From the NCBI GenBank assembly GCA_031384385.1, contig JANNAN010000017.1, positions 3,020 to 67,019 of the forward strand: 64,000 bases of DNA. Reading direction: 5' to 3'. Below, piece after piece: positions 27,533-36,622 of the stretch; position 1 is the stretch's first letter; the number at the start of each line of letters is the position of its first letter. A program made the position numbers and the translations under genes. Below the pieces are notes generated by a model, which searched no databases, was not told the DNA's origin, and saw only the letters and a list, made by a program, of their open reading frames with translations. The stretch is from Candidatus Tayloriibacteriota bacterium. GTDB lineage: Bacteria; Patescibacteriota; Minisyncoccia; Phycocordibacterales; PALSA-1337.

Positions 27533-29085
27533 AATTTCGCAAAAATCGCAGAATCGCCGAAAAAAGGCGAAGGGGTCGCAGAATGAGGAGGGCGGGGCGG
27601 AATTCCCCCCTGAAACACCCCTTCCGCCCCGCCCGCTTCCTTGTTGGCGTTTTTGGGAATTTTCGTTACAAATGCAAAAGGAAAATGCGGAGAAAAAATG
27701 AGGGTGCGGTTGTGGACGAGTGGGTTCGAACCGACTTTTTCAAAGAATGATCGAATTTTCGTAGCATCAGTACTCTCTGCCAAAATAGTGGCTTGTTTAC
27801 AGTCGTTTAGGAAATTTATGATAGGTTCGAACCGATTGCTAGAAACTTTGCCGAAAGCAGTGATTTTGTCTTTCAAAACCTGCTTTTCGGTCACCAATTT
27901 ATTCTTTGTTTCTTGATACTCTTCAAGAGTTAGGGCATTGCCAAGATATGCTGACATAAGTTTTTCTAATTTAGCGTCAACGGCTAGTGCCTCACTATTT
28001 ACTTTCTGAATCTGATTTTTTGAGGAATCATCGTCTTTAGATCGATCTTTCTCTACTTCCGCAATAAGCCAGTCGGCCACTTCACTAGACAGTGATACTT
28101 TTCTGATCTCATCCTGGATGAGTGTCGTCATAGCTTCCTCACGGACATACTTTTGAGAGCATGGGCCTTTGCGTTTGGTGCAGCGTAAATAGTTATGACC
28201 TTTTTGTGTCTCAATAGTAAGGCAACAGCCACATTCAGCGCATTTGAACAGTCCGCGATAAACATATGGTTTCAAATCACCGTCATGTTGTGGTTTACTT
28301 TTTTTGGTCATGACTTCCTGGCATATATCAAAAATTTTCTTGGTGATAATCGGCTCATGCTTGCCTTCATAAAATTCACCATGAAAAAGTATGAGTCCAT
28401 GATAAAGATTATTTTTGAGTAGATACTGATAATTTGAAATGGAAAGCTCCTTGCCTTTGTGTCCAGTCAAGCCAAGTTCACCTATACTTTTGCGGAGGGC
28501 TGATAAAGTATAATTTCTGGTAGCATATGTTTCAAAAGCTTTCTTGATGAAAGGAGCTTTTTCAGGATCGACTACAATGAGTTTTGTTTTCTTGTCGTTA
28601 AGATATCCAATCGGCGCTTTCTGTGGCCAGATGCCGTTCTTCAATTTTTGTTTGTAACTCCTCTTAACATTTTCGGAAAGATTGTCTACATAATATTTCG
28701 ATTGAGAAAAAGAGATGGAAAGCATAAATTTTCCCTGCGGAGTTGCGTCAAACCAGAAAGTTGGAAATTTTAAATCAGTAATTACACCAGTATCAACCAT
28801 GTAAATGATTTTTCCACCATCAACCGAGTTACGAGCGAGCCTGTCGGGATGCCAAGCCAAAATCCCTGAAGCCTCGCCAGCTTCTATGCGCTCCAACATC
28901 TCCGCGAAAACAGGTCTACCGGGAGTTTTGGCAGTTTGCTTCTCGATAAATACATCTACAACCTCCAGTTGCTCTTTTTTGGCGAGCTCGCGTAGCTCGG
29001 AGAGCTGGTCGGCAAGACTTCGGACTTGTCGATCCTCGGTATCGGTAGATTTGCGGGTGTAAATAAAATATTTCTTGTCGCTCAT
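27472..29085 (-). CDS. Large serine recombinase (resolvase/invertase N-domain, recombinase domain, zinc ribbon). The ORF reads through the GC-rich trailer into tRNA-Gln.
   Basis: N-terminus YTRKSTDTEDRQVRSLADQ (catalytic Ser region). Cys cluster CAECGCC...CTKRKGPC. Size 537 aa. The last ~20 codons overlap tRNA-Gln on the opposite strand. Confidence 0.8.
   Translation of the reverse strand: MSDKKYFIYTRKSTDTEDRQVRSLADQLSELRELAKKEQLEVVDVFIEKQTAKTPGRPVFAEMLERIEAGEASGILAWHPDRLARNSVDGGKIIYMVDTGVITDLKFPTFWFDATPQGKFMLSISFSQSKYYVDNLSENVKRSYKQKLKNGIWPQKAPIGYLNDKKTKLIVVDPEKAPFIKKAFETYATRNYTLSALRKSIGELGLTGHKGKELSISNYQYLLKNNLYHGLILFHGEFYEGKHEPIITKKIFDICQEVMTKKSKPQHDGDLKPYVYRGLFKCAECGCCLTIETQKGHNYLRCTKRKGPCSQKYVREEAMTTLIQDEIRKVSLSSEVADWLIAEVEKDRSKDDDSSKNQIQKVNSEALAVDAKLEKLMSAYLGNALTLEEYQETKNKLVTEKQVLKDKITAFGKVSSNRFEPIINFLNDCKQATILAESTDATKIRSFFEKVGSNPLVHNRTLIFSPHFPFAFVTKIPKNANKEAGGAEGVFQGGIPPRPPHSATPSPFFGDSAIFAKLLPDLESNQNFRFQRATSYR
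27534..27650. repeat. GC-rich tRNA trailer, family C, with a perfect 12-bp inverted repeat (GGCGGGGCGGAA ... TTCCGCCCCGCC at 27590-27632)
   Basis: Shares gaatcgccgaaaaaaggcgaaggggtcgcagaatgaggagggc with trailer B (about 80% identity). TCGCAGAAT occurs twice. Hairpin with a 19-nt loop. Confidence 0.55.
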
Positions 29086-29240
29086 GGATGTATTTTACCA
29101 AATTTTTCAGAAAGCAAGAAATATTTTTTACATAAATCAGTGCATAAACAGTTAACAACTATACTTTCATTGAGAAGCGGTCGACTTTTGCTTCCCTCAC
29201 TGGACATTGTTCACCCTATCACATATCTGTATGTCGGATG

Positions 29241-29274
29241 CTTCCCACGGTTGCAATGAGTAACCGTGGGAAGC
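29241..29274. repeat. Perfect 12-bp inverted repeat hairpin within the GC-rich region upstream of the recombinase
   Basis: CTTCCCACGGTT-gcaatgagt-AACCGTGGGAAG. The surrounding 29100-29560 is about 50% GC with a further stem GAAGCGG-aagtgag-CCGCTTC. Confidence 0.6.
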
Positions 29275-29597
29275 GCGGGAGCCGTTCGGATATGCGTCTG
29301 GAGCGCCACAGACCTACTAGAAGCGGAAGTGAGCCGCTTCGAGTCACTGTAGCCTGTGATTTGTGATGTGTGATTGCGTTCAAAAATGAAAAGTAAAAGG
29401 AGGTGAGTACCCATCTGGTCCGCAACCGCACCCTCGTTTTTTCACCACGCTTGCCCTATGCCCTCGTCACGCACATTCCCGGAAAAATAAGGATTTATGC
29501 GGGCGGGTGATGGGGTTTGATTCTACTAAAGGAAAACGTAAATTATGTGTAAAGGCAGGACTTTTAAAATTGACTAAAACATAGTATTATTACCTGT

Positions 29598-32500
29598 ATG
29601 TTTGAAGGACCTCATATACCTAATGACGAATTGGAGAAAGATAAAGTTGAATCATCTGCATCAGATGCATTAGAGGCTCCTCTAGAAGATTGGAAAAATA
29701 GAGCATATTTTCGTATAAATCTCGGTGTTCATCGAGAAAGGATTGATCGAATAGTGGAACCTCTCAAAGAGACTCATCCGGAGTGGTTCAGATCTTTTAA
29801 AAATAAAACTGGGATGGGTGAGTATTTCTCCCCCGAGCTTGTTTCGATAGTTAGAGAAGAACTTGAAAAATATAAAAAGGCACCGGAAGGCTGGGAAGTC
29901 ATTAGTACTCTAGAGGAGTTAACTGGTAAATCAGGTGGTTTTATAAGTAAGACTATTGAACCATATAGAGAAACTCATCCCGAGTGGTTTAAAGATTATC
30001 TAAGTAAGAGGTCTAAGATTCTTGAACATTACGCACCTGAACTTATAACAATATTAAAAAAAGAATTTCAAAGTTATGAATATGCTCCTGAAGGATGGAA
30101 AACAAGAAATTCTGTGGCAAAGTCACTGAATGCTACAGATTTTATAGTTCAAAAAATTGTTAATCAGTTTGAACAAATTCATCCAGAGTTGGTAAAAGAT
30201 TACATGACAAAATCAGGTGTACTCACGCATTTTTCACCAGAATTAATCCTGATTATTGAAGAAGAACTGCTAAAAGAAGAAAAAGCACCAGAAGGGTGGG
30301 AAGTGATAAGTATGTTAGCTGAATTAACTGACAGAAGTCCTTTATTAATCAGAAGAACCATTGAACCATATAGAGAAACTCATCCCGAGTGGTTTAAGAA
30401 TTATAAGACTAGATCTGGTTTATTTGAACATTTTTCTCCTGAGTTAGTTGCGGTTATTAAAAATGAATTTTTAAAAGAAGAAAAACCACCAGAAGGGTGG
30501 ATGAATAGAAATGAATTGCATGATTCTTTGGGAATCAGTTATAAGAAACTTAATCGAATGGTAGCAACTCAGAAAGAAATTCATCCTGAGTGGTTTAAGT
30601 TCTTTAAGGGCAAGGCATTAGTTACGGAGTATGTATCCCCAGATGCTATTTTATTTTTTAAGGATATCGTAGTAAAAGAAGAGGAACCTCAAAAAGGTTG
30701 GATGAGTCCAGGGGAGTTAGGAGATTATTTGAAAGTTGCTTTTAAAACTATCAAAAAGGTAGCTGTAGAGCATAAAAAAAGTAATCCAGAGTGGTACAAA
30801 CTTTATAAATCAGATAATGCGAATATGACGGAGTACTATTCTCCCGAGTTGGTTATGATCCTGGAGGATAGATTTTTAAAGCCTCCACCACCTCTGGATT
30901 GGAAGACTATAAAATCATTTGCTGTTTCTAGAAATAGTGCCGTTAAGACAATTGAGAAACTTGTAGAATCGTATAGGGAGACAAATCCAGAATGGTTCAA
31001 GAATTATCGAACAAATAATGGTGTACACGAGCATATTTCTCCCGAACTGATTTCAGTAATAGAAAATTATTTTTCTAAGCAAAGCCCCCTTAAAGGATGG
31101 GAGGTTTTACAGTCATTGATTGTTTCCACGGGAAGATCGAATAAATTCATTGAGAAATTAATATTACCTTATAGAGAAACACACCCTGAATGGTTTAAGG
31201 AATTCAGAAGTGAAGATGGCAATTTGCGAAAATATTATTCTCCAGAATTAATTTCAATAATCAAGAATGAACTTTCAAATACTGAGTTTGTTCCAGAAGG
31301 ATGGGTGACTAGGAATTTCTTCTCCAAATCTAAGGGAGTAGATGTTGATATGATCGAGGACATAATAGCGCCGTATAAAGAAAAAAATCCAGAATGGTTT
31401 AGAAAGTTTGTATCAAAAAATGGTGGACAGAAGGTGGAGTATCTTTCACCGGAGCTAGTTTCCATTTTACAAAAAGAATTGGTAGATAATATAGCTCCAG
31501 AAGGTTGGAAGGTCTTGAGAGCCCTAAGATTTTCTATTGGTATTTCAGGATCTCCAATTAAGAAAATAGCCGAACCATATAGAGATTCTAATCCTGAATG
31601 GTTTAAAACTTTCAGAAGCGAAGATGGTAATTTACGCGAATATTTTTCTCCAGAATTAGTCTCGATTATAGAAACTGAACTATTAAAAGAAGGTGAGGCG
31701 CCAGAAGGATGGTTGAGAAATACTACTATAGCCAATTCACTTGAAGTAACAAAAGAAAAAACTAAGAAACTTGCAGATCAAAGTAGGGAAGCACATCCAG
31801 AATGGTTTAAAGATTTTAGGGGGAAAGAAGGTATATTCGAGTACTATTCACCCGAATTAATTTTGATTATTAAGAATTCTATTTTTATAGAAGAAAATGA
31901 GGCGCCTGGTGGCTGGGAGACCAATAAAGGTTTACAAAATAAAACGAATTTTTCTTACTACCTTCTCGAAAAAATTGAAGAACCTTACAGACTTACTCAT
32001 CCAGAATGGTTCAAAAACTTCAGAAGCAAGACAGGTGTGTATGAGCACCTTTCACCAGAACTGGTCTCAATTATTAAAGAAGAGGCTGAAAGACGACAAA
32101 GCTATGAGAGTGAAATTTTGAATAGAGAAAATTTCGATAAAAACCTTGTCGGATTTCTTAAAGGTGTAGACTCCTCAAAAGAAGGTATCGAATTCAAAGA
32201 CCTTATCAGTGTTTTCGGCTCGTCATCTGTTTTAGATATATTGTATGCAACGCACCCAGAATTCAAAGCAGTTCCTGTTGAACGTGTAAAATCTGTTATT
32301 GCTGAATATCTTGGAAATTACTTATTGTCGCCAGGTGCTTTTTCATTAGATTCGGTTAAAAATAATTTGTCATATCTTAAAGAAGAAAATATAAAGAATG
32401 GACTGGTTGAAGTGGTGAAAGATCATTGTCTGACGTATTTTTTAGAATATAAAAAGGCTAACCATGATAAAGATGATCAACAAATATTTACCGAATATTT

Positions 32501-35066
32501 TGCTCAGTTGGAAGATCAAACAAGTAGTTTTAATAATGCTGATCTTGATTCTGTGATCAAAGAGATAACTGAATACTATCAATCTATATTCAATCTAGAA
32601 AAGGGTGAACATCTCATTGAATCGTTAAACTCCGGAAGAAGCTTCCCGGATATTTATCAGAGTATCAATATAAAGGAAATTTCTGATAAGAAAAGATTGT
32701 TGATTGCCGATGAAATGGGTGTAGGTAAGAGTGCTTCAGCAATAATTGCAAAGGAATCTCTCGGCTCAAAATTGGCGCTAGTGGTTGTACCAAGTAATGT
32801 AGTAAATACATGGGAAAAATATCTGTCTGACACAGTCGGAGAAGATGCTAAAAAGATTGGATATTTCAAGAGTGGCGAAGCGCCTCGTGTTTTGGTTGTG
32901 AATGATATAGAAGAACTGAATAATATTGATCAAAATTTATACGATTATATTCTCATTTCTCATGAGAAACTTACTGGAAAATATACTGGAGCACTTGATG
33001 TCTTGGACTACGACATGCTCATTGTCGATGAAGTTCATAAGTTTAAGAATCTCAGTAGTGCAAAACGTCCAGAACAGCTCATTAGATTAGCTGAAAAGAT
33101 ACAAGGTGATGATAAATATCTTGCACTTCTATCGGGTACGCCAGTGCCAAATAAGATTGAGGATGTGGCATTACTCTTGAGACTCCTCCATCCAGATCGT
33201 TTCGAGGACCAAGATAATAAGCAAATTGTATCAAGTGTGCTCAATGGCAACCTTTCTGATATTCGAGCTTTGCTTGTGCCATATATGCAGAGAAAAGATC
33301 TGCGAGATCACATTGAGATGCCAAAACTTGATGAGGAAGTCATACCAGTTACACTTACTGGATCAGAGAAGGATGTATACGAAGTTTTGCTTGAAGAAGA
33401 TGAACTTACTCCAACTGAAAAAATGATTACCTTGCGTCGTTTCCTTATGAACCATGAGACACTGGATATTACACCAAATATACAAAGTAGTAAGGTTGAG
33501 ACCTTGAAAGGAAAGCTCACTGAAACTTTTGAATCAAAAGATAAGGTTGTTTTGTTTGTGAATGATTATGTGAAAGGTGTGATTGAAGGCGATAATTCAA
33601 TATTGTCTAATCTTGAATTACCAGAAGATGTTGAGATTAAGGTTGTCTACGGTGAAGTGTCTCAAGCCGAGAGAGTCTCTATTCAAGAAGAATTTAATAC
33701 TGAAAACGGTAAGAAAATATTATTGGTTGTTAGTGGTCAGACTGCTGGCGTCGGAGTTGATTATACTGGTGGAGAACACATATATTTCTATAATGAACCA
33801 TGGACAAAGGCGGACAGCGATCAACAAAAAGCTCGAGTATATAGACCTGGACTTAAACACGATATCCAATCAGAGACTCTGATTACAAAAGATACAATTG
33901 AGGAAGGTATACATCGATATGTTGAGTTGAAACACCAAGCAGTCAATAAGCTTCTGAATGGTATTCCAATTACAGAATTTGAAAAAGAACTATTGGAGAA
34001 GAGTGAACAATCAGAGGGCAATCTTGAAGTGAATCCAGAACTAGCTAACTATTATTTCTCATCTTTTGATAAGATGAATAGAATTTTTGCAGCGGTTAAA
34101 GAAATGGGTGAAGAAAATTTTTGGGATTTCATTGAGAAGCATGGCGCAGAATATGCTGATTGTTACTTTGAACTTGGTAATAGAAGCTATCAAGCCAATG
34201 CAAGTCGAGTCTGTGCCACATTGATTGATTCAATGATCAAAGCAGAAAAGTCTGATCCAAAAGATCTCAAAATTATCGATATTGCATCTGGTCCCGAGAT
34301 GCTTCGCCGTCACAGTAAAGAAGATGTTCAATCTGCTATTGTCAGTGCGGATATAAACATCAATCATTTCATCAATCGAGGCACGAAGGATGCGGTAGTC
34401 GCTGGCTTTACTGAATTACCATTCCCAGATAATAATTTTGATTATGCTAATTTTTCGCTCGCATTTCATTATAGTAAATTCTTACCAAGTAAAAATGAGT
34501 ATGAACGCGCAGAAGTATTAAAGGAAATTAATCGCGTTCTCAAAGTTGATGGCACAGCTGTTATTAATATGATTTATAGTCTTGATTTCAAGGACGTTGA
34601 TAAGTTTAAAAAGCTTGTTGGTTCTTTTGGTTTTGATGTTGTAGAAGGTTATTCCGGTGAAGTGGAATCTTCGGATAATTATAGATCAAGAGTTATTACA
34701 CTTAGAAAAAATAGTGATATAGAGCAATCAGCAGAAGAAGTGCTGAAAGATATGACCAGAGAAGAAATGGATGGTTTGAAGTTTGTTAGAACGACAGAAG
34801 GCCTCAAGGATTCAAGAAAGATTGTTTCTGATTTCAAACTCAATGGTAAAAGTTTTCATATTGATTTCAATGATTCAGATAAAATAGTCGTAAGAGAGGA
34901 AAAAGGTATTTTGGAGGACGGTAAAAGACTAAAAGATAAATATGGTTCAATCAAGGATATATCAAAGGAGGAGGTTGTGAATAATAATTTTGTCAGATTG
35001 TTGGTAGGGGAAAAGCATATTCTTTTCAAGAAGCTTTCAAAAGGAGGGGTGGTTTTGGTGAGATAG
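29598..35066 (+). CDS. Giant multidomain protein (1822 aa). It has an N-terminal array of 12 tandem ~68-aa repeats, an SNF2-family helicase/translocase, and a C-terminal class I SAM-dependent methyltransferase (Methyltransf_11-like).
   Basis: Repeats have the form W..L...IEPYRETHPEWFK.Y....G..EHYSPELISII..E...APEG. SNF2 motifs DEMGVGKS (I), LIVDEVHKFKN (II, DExH), LLSGTPVPNKIEDVALLLRLLHPDRF (III) and QQKARVYRPG (VI). MTase motifs IIDIASGPEML and LPFPDNNFDYANFSLAFHY. Confidence 0.8.
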   Translation: MFEGPHIPNDELEKDKVESSASDALEAPLEDWKNRAYFRINLGVHRERIDRIVEPLKETHPEWFRSFKNKTGMGEYFSPELVSIVREELEKYKKAPEGWEVISTLEELTGKSGGFISKTIEPYRETHPEWFKDYLSKRSKILEHYAPELITILKKEFQSYEYAPEGWKTRNSVAKSLNATDFIVQKIVNQFEQIHPELVKDYMTKSGVLTHFSPELILIIEEELLKEEKAPEGWEVISMLAELTDRSPLLIRRTIEPYRETHPEWFKNYKTRSGLFEHFSPELVAVIKNEFLKEEKPPEGWMNRNELHDSLGISYKKLNRMVATQKEIHPEWFKFFKGKALVTEYVSPDAILFFKDIVVKEEEPQKGWMSPGELGDYLKVAFKTIKKVAVEHKKSNPEWYKLYKSDNANMTEYYSPELVMILEDRFLKPPPPLDWKTIKSFAVSRNSAVKTIEKLVESYRETNPEWFKNYRTNNGVHEHISPELISVIENYFSKQSPLKGWEVLQSLIVSTGRSNKFIEKLILPYRETHPEWFKEFRSEDGNLRKYYSPELISIIKNELSNTEFVPEGWVTRNFFSKSKGVDVDMIEDIIAPYKEKNPEWFRKFVSKNGGQKVEYLSPELVSILQKELVDNIAPEGWKVLRALRFSIGISGSPIKKIAEPYRDSNPEWFKTFRSEDGNLREYFSPELVSIIETELLKEGEAPEGWLRNTTIANSLEVTKEKTKKLADQSREAHPEWFKDFRGKEGIFEYYSPELILIIKNSIFIEENEAPGGWETNKGLQNKTNFSYYLLEKIEEPYRLTHPEWFKNFRSKTGVYEHLSPELVSIIKEEAERRQSYESEILNRENFDKNLVGFLKGVDSSKEGIEFKDLISVFGSSSVLDILYATHPEFKAVPVERVKSVIAEYLGNYLLSPGAFSLDSVKNNLSYLKEENIKNGLVEVVKDHCLTYFLEYKKANHDKDDQQIFTEYFAQLEDQTSSFNNADLDSVIKEITEYYQSIFNLEKGEHLIESLNSGRSFPDIYQSINIKEISDKKRLLIADEMGVGKSASAIIAKESLGSKLALVVVPSNVVNTWEKYLSDTVGEDAKKIGYFKSGEAPRVLVVNDIEELNNIDQNLYDYILISHEKLTGKYTGALDVLDYDMLIVDEVHKFKNLSSAKRPEQLIRLAEKIQGDDKYLALLSGTPVPNKIEDVALLLRLLHPDRFEDQDNKQIVSSVLNGNLSDIRALLVPYMQRKDLRDHIEMPKLDEEVIPVTLTGSEKDVYEVLLEEDELTPTEKMITLRRFLMNHETLDITPNIQSSKVETLKGKLTETFESKDKVVLFVNDYVKGVIEGDNSILSNLELPEDVEIKVVYGEVSQAERVSIQEEFNTENGKKILLVVSGQTAGVGVDYTGGEHIYFYNEPWTKADSDQQKARVYRPGLKHDIQSETLITKDTIEEGIHRYVELKHQAVNKLLNGIPITEFEKELLEKSEQSEGNLEVNPELANYYFSSFDKMNRIFAAVKEMGEENFWDFIEKHGAEYADCYFELGNRSYQANASRVCATLIDSMIKAEKSDPKDLKIIDIASGPEMLRRHSKEDVQSAIVSADININHFINRGTKDAVVAGFTELPFPDNNFDYANFSLAFHYSKFLPSKNEYERAEVLKEINRVLKVDGTAVINMIYSLDFKDVDKFKKLVGSFGFDVVEGYSGEVESSDNYRSRVITLRKNSDIEQSAEEVLKDMTREEMDGLKFVRTTEGLKDSRKIVSDFKLNGKSFHIDFNDSDKIVVREEKGILEDGKRLKDKYGSIKDISKEEVVNNNFVRLLVGEKHILFKKLSKGGVVLVR
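29688..32136 (+). repeat. Twelve tandem ~204-bp coding repeats inside the giant gene. They are divergent at the nucleotide level.
   Basis: Periodic recurrence of HPEWF(K/R), YSPEL and APEGW every ~68 aa. Confidence 0.8.
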
Positions 35067-35108
35067 TAAAATCTTGCTAAAAATGATGATAAGTGAGATT
35101 ATCAGGCT

Positions 35109-35819
35109 ATGAAAAAGTTTGTTAAATTATTACAAAATCATGTTATCCTCGGTGCACTTGTTGCAACTATTTTGTTATTAGTTTTGTATTTATCTTGTAC
35201 AAATTTTAGGATTTACCTTTCAAATCATCAAATTGATCCAAATTTCATCATTGGATTTTTTACTGTGATCGCACTCCTCTTGAGTCTTATTCAGACATCA
35301 AAAGACAAGAGATACGCTTATAATCTACAACTAGTTAAATCTATAGAAGATAAAGGGCTTCTGGTTATTGCAAAGCTGATAAGTATAAAAGGTAGAAGCT
35401 TGGTTTATGTTGGCACTATAAAACAATTAAAATCCGTCTTTGGAACAAATCGGATATATCGGGATACAAATGAAGTTCTTTCTAAAACAGAAATCGAAAA
35501 AGGCATGGAACTTGTTGCGACTTATTTAGACACTTTTTTCCCTGCAATTAAAGAAAAATGGAATGATCTAACCGACAGATTAAGTGAACTTGGTACTATA
35601 AGCACGAATATCATTATTAATTATAATGAAAACTATAATCTGATTGGTACAAAAGGTTTTACAAATATTGCGTTAGATAATATAGATGCAAGTATCAAGA
35701 GAGCGGATGTATTAAATCAAGAAATTGATCAGATTACTCTTGAAATGAGAGATTCGATCGTTGGAAAAATAAATGAGTCGACGGGTGAATTTAAAAATAC
35801 TTTTGACTTTAGTTTCTAA
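35109..35819 (+). CDS. Hypothetical membrane protein (two N-terminal TM helices with a cytoplasmic helical domain)
   Basis: Hydrophobic N-terminus. No recognisable domain. Confidence 0.4.
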   Translation: MKKFVKLLQNHVILGALVATILLLVLYLSCTNFRIYLSNHQIDPNFIIGFFTVIALLLSLIQTSKDKRYAYNLQLVKSIEDKGLLVIAKLISIKGRSLVYVGTIKQLKSVFGTNRIYRDTNEVLSKTEIEKGMELVATYLDTFFPAIKEKWNDLTDRLSELGTISTNIIINYNENYNLIGTKGFTNIALDNIDASIKRADVLNQEIDQITLEMRDSIVGKINESTGEFKNTFDFSF

Positions 35820-35846
35820 GTAATAATTTTTGACTATAATCAAATT

Positions 35847-36323
35847 ATGAAATCATTTGGTGGAGGAAAAATTACACCATTACAGCTTTTACGGGAGGGA
35901 AAGGTATGGTTAGAAATATGGGAGAATACATCAAAAAAAACAACAAGTCTCCTACCTGCAACTTACTGTCTTTTTACAGCGTTAGAATTATATCTGAAGG
36001 CGTATCTTGTCCTTGAAAATAGTGAATATGCAGACGTTAAAAAATTAAAGAAACTGGGACATAACCGGGCTGAGAAAGCAGACACGGTCATATTTTTAGA
36101 CTTCTCCAGACGAGTTGTATATTGGAGGGTCTTAAAAAGGTACCTGGGAGATTTTAAAAACATCATTGATAACTTTTCAAATACATTGGGAATATTTAAG
36201 TATGTTTGGAAATTTCCACGAATGGAAATACTTTCTACTCTTGAAAAGTACAAGGAAGGTAAACGAATACTCATTTTACATAATCAAACAGAAGTTAGAA
36301 GTCTTCTAAAGCTTTCATCTTAG
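35847..36323 (+). CDS. Hypothetical protein, possibly HEPN-like
   Basis: ALELYLKAYLVL...KKLGHNRAEK helix pattern reminiscent of HEPN. Weak. GC-richer composition than the flanking genes. Confidence 0.3.
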   Translation: MKSFGGGKITPLQLLREGKVWLEIWENTSKKTTSLLPATYCLFTALELYLKAYLVLENSEYADVKKLKKLGHNRAEKADTVIFLDFSRRVVYWRVLKRYLGDFKNIIDNFSNTLGIFKYVWKFPRMEILSTLEKYKEGKRILILHNQTEVRSLLKLSS

Positions 36324-36332
36324 AATCTATAA

Positions 36333-36539
36333 ATGAACATCATGAAAAACCTTTCCATCAACAAAATAATCCTCTCAGACAGAGACGCCTACAAAACCAT
36401 CTACTGCATGAGCCCAGAGTATAAACGAGGAGCAGAAAAAGCCCTGGATGTTGAACACGCATATTACTCGAATGCTTTGGAAGGCTGTAAGATTGACCGA
36501 ATAGAATTTGAAAAGCTGGCAGAAAGCATAGCGGCATAG
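36333..36539 (+). CDS. Small hypothetical protein (68 aa)
   Basis: Intact ORF with atypical C-rich third positions suggesting foreign origin. Confidence 0.3.
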   Translation: MNIMKNLSINKIILSDRDAYKTIYCMSPEYKRGAEKALDVEHAYYSNALEGCKIDRIEFEKLAESIAA

Positions 36540-36622
36540 AAAATTTGTTGACTCAAACTATTCTGGTATACTATCAACACTACGGCTTCGGCCCGACTCC
36601 GCCTCAGCGGGGGTAAAAACAA

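Noticed and set aside
27460-27916. Plus-strand ORFs 27460-27750 and 27641-27916 in the GC-rich region
   Set aside because: They are Arg/Lys-rich low-complexity translations of GC-rich DNA that overlaps a tRNA and the antisense strand of the recombinase. They are not coding.
31235-31735. 166-aa minus-strand ORF inside the giant gene
   Set aside because: It is antisense to the periodic repeat region. Repeat periodicity creates a matching open antisense frame. It has no independent signals.
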